From positions 2,368,902-2,432,901 of the forward strand of contig OZ287694.1 of the NCBI GenBank assembly GCA_965649825.1: a DNA stretch of 64,000 bases. The letters are read 5' to 3'. Numbering within the stretch: the first letter of the stretch is position 1; each line of letters opens with the position of its first letter. Below are positions 7,607 to 20,074 of this stretch, piece by piece. The position numbers and the translations under genes are program-made. The notes below the pieces were generated by a model. It was given only the letters and a program-made list of their open reading frames with translations, made no database searches and was not told where the DNA came from. Source of the stretch: Penicillus capitatus (taxonomy: Eukaryota; Plantae; Chlorophyta).

Positions 7607-9353
7607 CCGCTCGCCGCATTTCTGTATGAAGAGGGCACGTACGACCGACAAACTGCAGAGGAAACCGAAGCACATGTGTCTCTGCTCACGAATGCGACGC
7701 ATGCATGTCACTGTTACGTTTTGCGTCCCAACATCTCGGTCCAGTCCATACCGTAAAGACGGGTTTGAACCCAATGCAAAACCGTTTCACTCGGAGCTGA
7801 GAAGCCTTGCCAAGAACTCCCCCTTACACGCAGAAGAGAAAACAGAATGGGAACAGGCGACAAGGTCCAAACAGGTGCCATCGTGCCAGCCCTTTGTAGG
7901 CGAAACGGACAAGAGTAATTGTTGGGATGCCCTGAAGAGAATCGAAGGCAAGAGAAGGAGAGAGGAGATAACTAGACGGCGAACTGAAAACCGATATCAA
8001 ACAGATCCGGAACAGACAGCATCGGCACTGGCCTAGCATATTCCAAGAGGAAGCAGATGGCGACGACGGCGTGTCTCTTCGAGGCAGCCGAGGATTACCG
8101 AACCCACCGCAGACGGATCTCTCGTACACGAACGCATGTACGTTGGCCAGAGAGAACAGGAGTGTCGCATTCTTCTGTCGCCTGCACTTTCCTATCCAGG
8201 ATGTAATCCGATTGACAGAAGAGAGGTGGGGTGGCCAGGGGCATGTATTCCTGCCTCCCAGATCGGAAGATAGAAAGCCGTCTCCAAGGATTGTATGCAG
8301 TTGAAATTAACAGCGTGCAGGGTGAAATCAAAACAGTGATATGGAAGTAAGGACTCGTAAGAAACGCAGACACTTTCGTAGGACCTCGGGTCGTGGATGC
8401 GTGCAGATGCATAGAGATGCACGAACGGATCGATCTCACTCTGCAATCGGGCAAACCTTCCGAGAATGAAATGGCACCATCTCGAAAGCAGTGCAAGTGA
8501 ATGCGCTGCAGTAGAAGATAGACTTCTGCCTCTCTGAGCTGGGCACGCATGCGAATCCAGATGGCGACGAGTCCATCGCCTTCTGCCGCCTGAGCAGAGG
8601 CGAAGAGGCTGTTAGAGACCCCAAGCTCCGTCCTTCTGTTTTGCGTATTCTTGAATCCGAAAGAGAGCAAAGCCGGAATTCCCTGGGAGCATTCTGGCAG
8701 ATGGCGATTTTGAGCTCTGCTCAATCTGCTTCGTCGGCATCTGTGCACTCGGTGAAAGGTTTAGAGACATCGAATACTCGTCGTTTTGTGTACACCCCAT
8801 GGATGGCAGCCGGCAAGTTAATTCATTCCAGATGATAGTTGAAAGCGCGTCTGTATCCTTGAGTAAATGGACCGACAGATGTGTGCAGTGCAGAGTGGAC
8901 TGCCGTAGGGAAGCGTGATCATCGTGCGACCGTTGACAACTGTCGAGACGGCGAGTGTCATCGCACGCGCGAATCGAGGGCACCGAGCCTTGCGTTTCGA
9001 GCATCTCAGCCACCCATGAATGCGAGTTCGGGTTTCTCGTTCTGCTGTTCGCTGCGCGACTGCATACAGTTTCCACGTCCGTCGAATGACGTGTTTCCTG
9101 CGTTCACGGTCGAGAGGCTAGATACGTGTTTGGCTTCTAATCGGACGAGACGTCGCGATGAACAGTGGCTTCTGACCTGCAGCAGTTGCACAAGCCCATC
9201 GCACTCAGGAAGATCCGTGCTTCGACGCCTGTCGAGCGTCAGTCACGTCGACCATCTGACGTCCAACTGCACATCTTGCTTGAATAGATGCCCTGTCTAT
9301 CGGCGACCACGCATTCCATTCTCCGCATTTTGCCATTTGCTCGGCCAGCAAAT

Positions 9354-11278
9354 ATGTTTCCAAAATTTCCGGTCGCCGTCCTCACCGTCCTGTTCTTGGC
9401 TTCTCAGGTCTCCTGCGAAGCAAGCATTAAACGAACGGTGGCTCTCACGGCCAACCGAGTTCTGCTCCGCTCGCTTAAGTTCCGCGGTGCGGGACTACGA
9501 GGGAGACAGACCTCGGCTGTCGAGACAGAACACACCAGCACAATTTTTTCTCTGTCTGCCGACGAGAAACCCATCGTCCCTGAGAACGATGTTGCCGTCA
9601 ACAGGAAGGTCGAGGAGAGCGCCTGCTACTGGCGCGACAGCACGGCGATGTGTGATGCCAGTCAACAAGCGCGCCTCGCACATCTAGAGACATCCAACAA
9701 TGTCTTTGCTCAATTCGTTACACAATTTATAGTAGGACCGACGCCGACACGATCCCTCTGACGTGTTCGTGCTTTCCAGTTTTGCGAAGCGATGAGCGAT
9801 GAGCCATTGTGCATCTCAACTGGCAAATGTATCTGGGACAAGTAGGCGTAGGCGGAACATGATAAGGTTTGTTTACTCGGAGATCGCATAGGGAGGGAAA
9901 ACGTTGCCAGTTCTACGCCATCGCCTCGGGACAGGAAGACTCTCCGTGCTACAAGGCAGCACCCGGCTCCATCGGCCTGTTGACCTATGACTTCTTCTGC
10001 GGAGCAACATCCACGAAGCAGGCATGCGACGAAGAACCTCACTGCACATGGTACCTCGACGCCACGCCGCAGTGCACGTGGCTCTCACGTCTCGTTTCAG
10101 GGATGAGGACGAACGAGAGTGCTTGAGTGATGCACTCCAACTTCTCACCGGCCTTTCCTTCTCAGAGTTCACCGAGGTGCTGTTCTCTCCGAGGGCGGAC
10201 GACGTCGATGATGGTTGATGTTCTAGGCCCTGGATATAATGTCTGGATACAGGATGTTCTTTTGGATGGATCTCGCGACGACAGTGAGTGACATCTTTGA
10301 TCCAGATTTCAAAGACTGGGACAGAGTCCTTGGGTGGAAAGTTTCCAAGACGGAATGCCCTACAGACATTGATCCACGCGTACCCTCACTCCCCTTTGAT
10401 GACCTCCCGGCCTTCCGGCCACAGACCTTCACTTGTGCTTCTGCAGTTGTGGGACGCTGTGCACGCGCAGATGTCGACGTTATTGCCAGTCATATTCTAC
10501 TGCACTGTGAAGTACCGCGATGCCAAGCACGGCAGTGAATGCGATCAGGATCCTCTCTGCGAACGCGACGCCTCCGAGTATAAATGCTCTGTGCGTGAAA
10601 GCCACTTCAAAGTGGGCGTCAGTTTCTTCGAAGTAAGAGCACGATCCGAGTGGTCGATGTCTTAACTCCGTGCCGGCACTGTTTTCAGGACATGCTGCCT
10701 CTTATCGATGCAAAAGTAGACAGACGTATCATGAAGAGCAAAATAGATTGCGCACGCCTGGAAGAGAAGGGATGCAAAGGCGTGGCAAGTCTTTCCGCTG
10801 CGGTCGAGTTCGATGATGTGTTTCAGGGAAGTGCATTTGGGAACTGTCAGAAGACGAATGTACGCTCAGGGAGGACTGGATGCTGGGAGAGATCGTCGCC
10901 GCCGGCAAGGATAAAGAAGATGCCCTGTGTAAGTACCTCGCCGTCGAAGTCGAGTCGGGATGCCACAGTGACTATGGAGAGAAGAAGTGCTCCGCGAAGC
11001 AGCAGTGTGCATGGCGTCCTTTCGACGAAGGTCCCCCTACATTCATCCGCGTCTGTCACCGAGTTCTTGAATCTCGCTATATTCTTAGAGTGCATGGCCA
11101 CGACGGCGTATCTCCTCAAGGCGGTCGAAGACACCGATCCCACCTCGAACAGATCGCTCGACATGCTGCGCCGTCGCTGTCGGATGCAGACGACGAAACG
11201 CGGTTGTCTGAGCGTTTCTCAGATGACAGTGACATGAAACTGAACCAGAACCAGAAACGATTTTTATTAACCATTTAA
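9354..11278 (+). CDS. Multi-exon secreted cysteine-rich protein of unknown function
   Basis: Signal-peptide-like start MFPKFPVAVLTVLFLASQVSCEA, followed by successive Cys-rich frames (CDEEPHCTWY, CDQDPLCERD..KCSV, CHSDYGEKKCSAKQQCAW) separated by intron-sized gaps. 3' end uncertain. Confidence 0.55.
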
Positions 11279-12181
11279 GTCCGTTTTGGCTTCCCTTTCT
11301 AATGTTGTTGTTGTTGTTAATTGGTGGGTTTACATGGGGGTTTGCACTATGGCATATCCCATGAACTTTGAAAAGGAAGTTACTGTAAACAGGACTTGCT
11401 AAAACCAAAACAGAAAGTCCTTGATCGAAGAGTTCCGTTTCTAATGTAACGGTCATTGGAAGAACGACGACTCTCAAGATCGCGAACGCTAACGACGGCA
11501 CGTTTCTACAGCCACGATGCGCAGCTCTGCAAGACAGACGATTAGACTTGTGCATCAGTCACATCATTGTCGTAAGTACATAGTGGCATCGCCCGTCGTA
11601 CAAACGTCGCCTCGGTGCGTCTTCGACCTTTTTCGCTTCAGACCTCTTTGAAGATGGCGTGTTCGTGTTGTGCGTCACGCAAGCGACGTAACCAGCTAAC
11701 AGACTTCTTCCACAGAGCACGGAAAGAGAAACGACGTTTGAGTATTAGCTGACCCGAAGCCCTTCCTTGCCTTTCACAGCAAGAACTGGATGCAACCCGT
11801 CGGGGGTTTGCTGCACAGTGTTGTGGCGGGGCGGCCGCTCGAACGATCAATGCAGCGGAAGTTTTTACAGGCTCGGAGCAGAAGCATTTCAAAGTTCAGA
11901 GTCGCACATTTATACCCGAAAATTGGAAAATTGATGTGACTCACCGAGGCAGGTTCAAACACCACAGAAACACGCCTCAGAGGGGTCATCAGTGTCTCTC
12001 TGCGCGATGAACCCCTTCACCACAAGACAGAATGACATGACCCCTTGTCGAAGACAACAACAGAAAAGTAACGCTTGAATATCACCCACGTAGATCGGCT
12101 GTTATACTTCTTCTTTAGATTCGTAACCGCACATAAGAGCGCAACACAAGGAGTGACGGGAATCGAGTTGCACCTCGCCAG

Positions 12182-13060
12182 GTGGTTGTTGTGAAGCACG
12201 ATGACGAAGGTTCGGCGATGGGTGGAGCACGCCGCGCCGCTGATATCGCACCAGAGAACGGTTTTCCCGCTTCAGAGCTGCAGCAAAGGGGGAGAGCGCC
12301 GATGCGTCTACCGAGGATTCCTCCAGTTACGTCCGCTGCACGAACAAACAGCAATGTCGGATTCTCGATCAGATGTCCTATCATTAAGTCACTCGGTCAG
12401 AGCGCGTATTCGCCATTCCTCGAAGCCACGTTTCTCGTAAGACAGCACGGTGTCTACTGGCTTCCATCGTCTGCGGCACTTGGGCGAATGGTCGAAGCGT
12501 GTCATCCAGAGATGGTGCACACAAAGTACCCGTCACATCGTCGAACATCCTTGCATGACAGCACGACGCATCACAGAAAACTCCACAACAGCTGTCACGT
12601 CAGGGCTGATCCTGTGGTTCTCGCCTCTCCGCGTCAGCAAACAGAGCAAGTGGACGAACCGTCTTTAAATTCAGGCAACGCTTCTCAGGATCATCATTTC
12701 TGCTGTCCTGCCTTATCTCTTCCCATTCGTCGAGTTCCAACACGCGCTGCGCCTCATGTCTGCCAACGCAGTCGTTCTCTCCGTCCTTGCTTTGCTGTGT
12801 TTCTCCTCGGCAAGATGCCGTACTTCGTCGTCGTTTGCTGACGGTTTTGCTCGTCTTCGCAGGCGACTGCGGCCAGCTCCGTATCCGACAAGATCGCTGA
12901 TCCGGATAGTGGTACCGGTTTCGAGGAATTCTTGAAAAACGACGAAAACCTTCCTTGTCCTTACGACGGCCACCACCAGGGTACAGCTGTCCGCGTCGAG
13001 GATTTCCATTCGCCAGTGTCGTGCCACAGTCATTTACGGGAATCAGAAGTGGGACGGTAG
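12182..13060 (+). CDS. Hypothetical multi-exon membrane protein
   Basis: Spliceable hydrophobic exon SGLILWFSPLR|ATLLRIIISAVLPYLFPF...AVVLSVLALLCFSS|ATAASS...EVGR* using 42-nt and 53-nt introns. 5' structure unresolved. Confidence 0.35.
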
Positions 13061-13732
13061 TCCCGCGGAAACATTTCGTACCAGTTGCGAAGTGTGCGAC
13101 CCCTGTGAACGCATGTACCCTCGTAGTGAGTCGACCGTAGAATAGAGAAACATGTGCAGTGGTGGTGTTCAGTTTTCGTGGCTTTTGATTATAACCCCAA
13201 GACCGGGGAGTGCAGACGGTACCGGTCTGCTCCCGAAGCCCTCTTGGACTCGCCTTCCACTGTAAGTGTGCTTTGTTGAACACAACGCAGGGCACAAGAG
13301 TGCGCCGCCGCCAGCCATGGCTGATCGAATTGCATTTTCCAGCATTTCGCATGACATTTGGAAGAATGCATTCGGCGAGTAACAATTTATCATTGTAATG
13401 AACATGGCCGTTGATTTCAAATGGGATCTTGATCACAGCGCAGACTTTGCACAAACGCACACCAGGTCAGTTCGCGGTCAAGACTGTCAGGTTTCTGAGT
13501 CTGTTCTCCTTTCGACTCTGCCTTAACGTCAGAACCACTAGCTAGTAAAAGCAGTCGACGCAACTCAAGGTAAAGGTATGTGTGAACTGGGAGGTCGCAT
13601 CAACTGTCTTGTCACCTTTTACAGGCACACTCAGCGCGTCAGTCACATCATCCCTAGCACGCATCGCAGACATGAACACAAGGCTCGTACAGCATTTCAG
13701 GGGCGCGTCACATCAGATGGTCGCCCATCTTC

Positions 13733-14631
13733 TCAACGAGGATAGATCATGAGATACTGGAACTGCAGATTCTTGCGGAAGCTATGCGCCTCTTCCCGTT
13801 TCACATCAATACTCCATCCAGCCCTGCGCGTTTCTTTCCCAAGATTGGCGGCATCTTCGTCGAGGTCAACCTTGACCAAAGCTGTGAAATCGTCGACCTC
13901 TTCATTGTCCTGTGCAGATTCCTCGTCTCGGGACTCGAGATCGACCTTGAAGGCCTGAACGTAATCGCCGAAGCGTTCTCTGCTGTAGACGGGACGTCTT
14001 CCGTAAAGCGCATCACTGAACTTGACGTGTTCCTTTGCGTTGCAGGGGAGGGGGCCGTAAGTGTCGAGCGACGGACGAAGGTAAAGCTTTCGCCACTTCT
14101 CATTGCATCCTCTTTCGAAATGATAGTAAATGAAGACGTCGATTGGCCACAGGTCCTCCAAACCGCAGCGTGCAATCTCATGCGTGAGCTCGGCAACACT
14201 CAGGTATTTGGACGTTTCGAAGCAGGGCTCCGTGGCCAAAGGCGCTTCGGTCTTCGGCATTTCGGCCTCTTGGGCGGCTTGAACTGGAAGCTGATAGAAG
14301 TCCAACTCCCGGCGGAGAAAACTGGGCGACATGTCCGGAATGCAGCGTGCGTGGTCGCCGTCTCTGCAATGCACACACCGTTGTTTGTCTCCTCAGCCAA
14401 CGCTTGTCGTTACCGATAGATCTCGAGAATCCAGGGAAATGCTTTCGGAGACCTGTCAATGAACAGGGGGTCGTCTTTCTCCCCGAGATTGTGGAACTCG
14501 TCGAGCATCCGTCCGAGTAGCGAGTCGGGGTAGCGCAACACCGTCGACTTGAGCGTCTTGAACAGATGGCCGCCGACATCGAGATAGACGATGTCCTGCT
14601 TCTTCGATGTGAGGGACTTGGTCTCTGTCAT
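13733..14631 (-). CDS. BTB/POZ (KCTD/T1-type) domain protein, 2 exons
   Basis: IVYLDVGGHLFKTLKSTVLRYPDSLLGRML...LFIDRSPKAFPWILEIYR|D...LRRELDFYQL; 50-nt GT-AG intron at 14364-14413. Confidence 0.9.
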
Positions 14632-15762
14632 GTGTGCGATGCCCTGAGTTCGAGGTCGAATCGAAAAGCCTTGAGCGACACACGCCGCTGGTTTTGTAGG
14701 TCTGACCGTGCTGGACACGAAGGTCACATCAAGATGGCGCTCTACGTCAAACTCGGCAGTCGCGTCGTGGCGATGTTTCCGAATACCGTACGTACGGTGT
14801 CTACTGCGCTGAGTGAAGCTTGGCCACGATATCTCTTAGCTCGACGTTCGGTGCAATGCCTCGAAGAGATCGGAGAAAGACGCTATCGCTTGCAACACCC
14901 GACTTACAGTTTCTTTAGCTGAACCGTTGCATGCAGCAATAGATGGACGACTCTCAGATCCGGACCTAGCAAAGAATGCCTGTTTTAACCTGCCTTACGA
15001 CAATCGAGTCATCCGGTGTCGATATAGCGCCTTGTGTACACAGTCGTCTGTCCGTTTCTAGCACTTAACAGTGCAATGCATGAAGATGACGCATCAAGTG
15101 AATGGATCTGCGATTGTCATCGACGGACTCGGACAACCGGATATCCAAACTGCAAAAGCAGATGCCATTGCCAAATCCTATTCTCCTACCCAGGACAGCA
15201 CATCTCCCTGTGGAATTCTCACGATCAGACAAGATGGCAGAATGCCTGTTCTCGCAGATGACAGCGACTGCTGCATCTGTGATGTGACGCGCACTGAATG
15301 CTGCGCGGCGCTTCGGCACTAAGCACGAGGTTTCCTCACAGCAAACAGATCAGACGCACCTGAAGCCTCTACGCACAAAACAGACACCGCTGAGCTGTGC
15401 GTGACCGTCGAATTCTTCTGCAATTTCTTTGTGCAGCAATGCACAGTTGCGTCGTGTAACAAGACGGGCGAATGCGCAGGCATCCTTCCTGTCGAGTGTC
15501 GAGGCGGCAAAGAGCGTAACGCTGCTCGCCGTCGAGGCGTTTGCTGCGCGTCCAGAGCTGTGCTGTGGGATCCGGTTTGTGGGGCTCAGAATACGACATG
15601 CAATTTGTCCTCGTCAGACTCGAAGATCTGGAAGCATCGCGCTGTCATGAACAGATAAGATCCACATGATGAACGAAGCGCATTAAACCTGCCTCGTGCT
15701 GACTATAAAGCAGCGATTAGTGCCACATTCACGCGTTTCTCTCCCTAAGCACTGTCTCCACG

Positions 15763-17221
15763 ATGCACTCGTATAACTCTCTGGCTAGGAGCCGACCGGA
15801 GATGCGTCTGCCGAGGACTCCCCGAAGACAGACGGCGTACGTCGTCGGCGCTACAAGGCTAGCCGCATCAGCTGCCTTTACGAAGTTCGTACCTTGCGTC
15901 ATCTATCTCTGTGATTTTGCTTGCACTGGACAGGCCACTCATTTCTCGCCCCAAAGACGCAAAGTACCGCACTTTGCTGTCCATTGACGGAGGCGGAGTG
16001 CGCGGCATCATCCCCGTCATGGTGCTGATAGAGCTCGAGAAAAGCATCAAAGAGCACATCATCGAGAACCGCGACACGCTGGTGCCGGCGGACATACGCG
16101 ACAGCATCCACTCGGTGGATGACTTCGACGTCAATCTCGTCGACTACTTCGACCTCGTGGCTGGAACCTCCGTTGGGTCGTGGATCGCCTGCTACATTGC
16201 CGCACGTGGACGCGGGACCGAAACGTTCTTGAAAGACCCGGAGGTCGTGGCGGATTATGGCAACCTGCGCCCAGGGTGCATGGCGGCTGGTCGCGCGGTT
16301 ACTCAAGTGCTCGGTCCTCGAGTATTCAAATCCAACAGCTTCCTTCCCCAAGTCATCACAAGCTTGTTTCGTCCTGCCTTCTCTTCGGATGGACTCAAAG
16401 CAGCTCTAACGACGATGTTTGGCGAGACGACGATGGACGACCTGGAGACAGATTGCATCATTATGACCTACGACTTGAAACGAAATGCCGCTTGCAGCTT
16501 TCTCAGAGATAACAGAGCCGAGGAGAAGAACTGCCTCATACGTACGGATGTGCGTCAACAGCCCCGATCTTCTTCGCCAGTCGACACCGAGAAAGATGAC
16601 TGGACTCCCGATCTCATTTTCGTCAAGGGCCAAAACTATCGCCTCAGAGACATTGCTCTGGGCAGCAGCTCCCTGCCGCTGGGGTTTCCACCGGCGCGCA
16701 TTACGCCTATCAATGTGCAGGATCCAGAAGAACTCGTGCTCATTGACGGCGGCGTCGTTGCCAGGAATCCTACCTTGCAGGCACTGACCTATATCCCGAG
16801 CTCGTTCTCCTCTGGCAAAAACTCTTCAGGGGAAAACTCTCCTGGCGACATTCGTAATGTCGGTGTCTTTTCTGTCGGGTGCGGAGTCGTGGATCTGACG
16901 AACGAGCTGAATTATAATCCGGGCATGATATGGTGGATGCAGTCTAGGCGACTCCTCGATGCGTACGGCAATGGAGGGAGCGAGTACATTCAGGCCGCTA
17001 TGGATTACTGGCTATACGGAAACATCGGTCTGCCGTTCGGGCAGTACGTTCGCATCCAGACATTCGCACCAGGAAACACGAAAACTGGTCAAATTCTGTC
17101 CCAATGGAATAATCCTAACAATGGCGAAGCTCTTGAAGACATTGGACGCGAATTGGCCCAAAAGAATCGATCTGAGATAAAGAGATTCGTCAGCGATTTT
17201 GTCTTCGCGCCCAAATCGTAG
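15763..17221 (+). CDS. Patatin-like phospholipase
   Basis: LSIDGGGVRG oxyanion motif, GTSVG nucleophile motif and DGG motif; 49-nt intron at 15885-15933. Confidence 0.93.
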
Positions 17222-18651
17222 GAAATCTTTCTTCAGTGTTCCCTGCCTCCGAGCTCTCTTTGTTTATACCCTTTTTGTCTCTCTGGTTTGCCTGAATCGA
17301 TTTTTTGAGTCTACAGCCTTGGACGCGCCCCTGTTGCTTTCTTGGTTCGTCGTGCCGATCATTCAGGGTCGGATTTGGTATCGGTATGACGCAGACGGAC
17401 GTCCATTGTTATCAATTTTCCGACTAATGAGCGTTCGTCGCCAATCGTGGCGCGTGTGCAGAATTGACTCGACGCGACTTTGTCGAATAACGCAGACTTC
17501 ATTGCCCGCGTTCCACTCAGTCAGGTCCCACCGAACAAGAGCTGCAAAAACATTCGCAAAAGGCAACACGTTCGCCTAATATATTGGACTGACTACGCAG
17601 AGAAGCCGCGTTTTGTGCACTTATCGCTTGAATTGTCAGCATTGGCGTCAAAAAGCAGTCGAACGCGCTCCAAGGAAAGGCTTTCGATATGCCGAGCATT
17701 TGTGTCATTCGTTCTCAGAGTTGTTTATACCTTGTCGAAGACTGGAGAAGGCCGAAGCCTTCTGCAACGGCCCCAAGGTTGTCGCGACATACGGCCACCT
17801 GCGTCCTGGAAGCATTGAGGTCTGTCGTGTCATGTTCCTCGCGTAGTGCTCTTGAGTGTTTCCCCGCGAAAACATATTCCGCCGCCTTTGGCGCTTCTTC
17901 CGTCCAGAATATCCAGTTGATGGCCTCGAAGCTACGCTCAAGGAGCTCTTCGGCGCGTCGATGATGGATGACACGGAGACCCGTTGCCTCATCCCTTCCT
18001 AAGATCTGGAACGGGGTGCGCCATGCAGCTCCTTCGCGATCCGAACTCCAAAGAGAGGAACTCGCCTTGCGGACAAAGAGCGAACCGACACGCGACCCAC
18101 TGTCGGAACAAGCGGCAGCGGCGGCGCAAGTTCCCCCAAGAATTCTCGAAGGCCTTTATTTATGTTTGATGCCTTCTAACCGGATCTGGTCATCATCGAG
18201 TGATGTAAGAGAACTGGAACACATCGGCTTTGACTTGGAAAAGAGCAAAGCGGTCGAAATGAAAAGCCTCGTCAAGGAGTACATTTTTTGCGATTATGTG
18301 AAACGACGCCGCCGTGCGCTGTTGGACGCTTTATCAAAAATCGCCAAATGTCTAAACGCTGCCAATTCTGATACCCATCGCGTGTCCTCCACGACCACAA
18401 CACAGACGCGGAACTTGGACGCGCCTCTCTAATTCGCTTCCAACGTCAGACGGACGACATCGCGCTCGGTCTTGGCGCAGACGGCCCAGAAGAGAGGGTG
18501 GCCGCCATGGACGATCTCGCACATGGCGTCTACGCATCACAGACACTCCATAGGTGTCGCCAACGGGATGCGTGACATCGCCCATCATGCTCATGCGATT
18601 TGCCGATTGTTGATACATTGACTGTGTTTCGCCGACGCGATCGATCGCAGG

Positions 18652-20013
18652 ATGGAGAAGGACATGACGCCGACAGACGTCTACAGCGATGCCGAATCTT
18701 TCGTCGATGCCTATTCCACGCAGCTCTCGATTTCGCCCCTTTCTTCGGAACACGCCACGATTCTGGAAGAGAGGCGCAGCAAGAAACAGGTGCGGATCGA
18801 TCCCCGGAAGGCGTTTCGTCTCATGGCCTGGGGCGCAGCTCGAAGACGATACCATGCGTCTGCGGAACCGCGTTCGGGCGTTGCTGAAAGAGGAGGAACG
18901 CGTTCGAAAAGAAATGCACACGACCGAGGCGCGCATCGAACGGACCATGCAGATGAAGGAAGAGAAAGAGCGACGTGCTTTCGAGAAGGCCGTGCGCCGA
19001 GACATCGAAAAACGACAAGTGGCGCATCGCAGGTCGCACACACGCCCGACGAGATCACCCCACGACGCACGCTTGTGCAACAGGGAGACAAATTCGCAGT
19101 CCCGACGCGACAGCGAACACGTGCGTAAACAGAAGCAGGCGCAGATTTACGAGGAGAAGGCGCAAGCCGCGAGGGATGCGAAGCGGGAGAAGACGGAGAA
19201 CCGCCGCCTCTACGTGCAAGACAAGTCCTCCGAGCTACGCAAGGCACAGGAACGCAAAGACAGTGTGAAGCACGTGGAGTCGTGCATCAAGAGGAAGCTG
19301 CAGCAGCGTCAGTCGACGAAGCTGAATAAAGTACGACGCCTGGAGCGCGGCCGCCGAGTCGATGACCGTCGAATGCTCAGGTGGTGTTCAGGCGCAAGAA
19401 GACTATAACAAGCGACTCGGCGAAGAGCGCCGAGCACGCGCGGAGAAAGAACAGGAGCTGGCGAATCTGGTGAGCTCGTGCGAAGCGGGTCCGTCCAGAG
19501 AACGGTCGGCTGTGGTAGATGCGTATGGAGTTGGAGCTGATTGGGAAGCTAAAGGTGAAGCAGGGCGAACAGGAGGAGCAGTATGCGCGGCTCAAGTCGT
19601 GCCTCGGTCGCAAACCCAAGTGCGCGACGGTCGGCGGGGTAGGGGAGCGTCGTTATGGGTGATCTAGGCGGGCGGCGCGCAAGAAAACGAGTCTCGTGCC
19701 GACGTCGACGACGTGCTTGGCGAAGGAGACGCGTTCTCGGGTGCAGCAACTGCTGCGACATTTCGATCTCGGGAGCGACGGCACGTTCGCGACGTCCCAT
19801 CTCGAAGGTCCGTCTCTCACGGCATGCGTCGCCACGGATGCTTTCTGTCCGACAGATGTGCTGCGCTGCCTCGACTGTCGCCTCAGTAGGCAGCAGACGC
19901 AGGACGTGCGGCACCTGCTGGATCCCGAAACGTGTGGCAGCATCGACCACGATCGCTTTGTCTCCTGGTGGTGGACGCGATGCCACGCCACGACCGAGCA
20001 CTCGATACGGTGA
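18652..20013 (+). CDS. Coiled-coil protein with C-terminal degenerate EF-hand pair (multi-exon)
   Basis: E/R/K-rich helical exons (LRNRVRALLKEEERVRKEM...). A 48-nt intron at 19620-19667 joins them in frame to FDLGSDGTF...LDPETCGSIDHDRFVSWW. Confidence 0.65.
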
Positions 20014-20074
20014 TCGCGGACAGCGAATGGACGTCTTTTTCTTAAGGAGGACCACCGAGCTTGCGGTCGCGTGT

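Noticed and set aside
7626-9076. ORFs 7626-8036, 8095-8748 and 8612-9076 as genes
   Set aside because: No motif or consistent exon chain could be built; left unannotated.
11300-11320. (GTT)n tract as a LINE 3' tail
   Set aside because: Only about five units, with no adjacent RT remnant or TSD recognised.
17480-18432. ORF 17968-18432 and an overlapping minus-strand frame as genes
   Set aside because: Protein-like patches on both strands, but no supportable model or motif.
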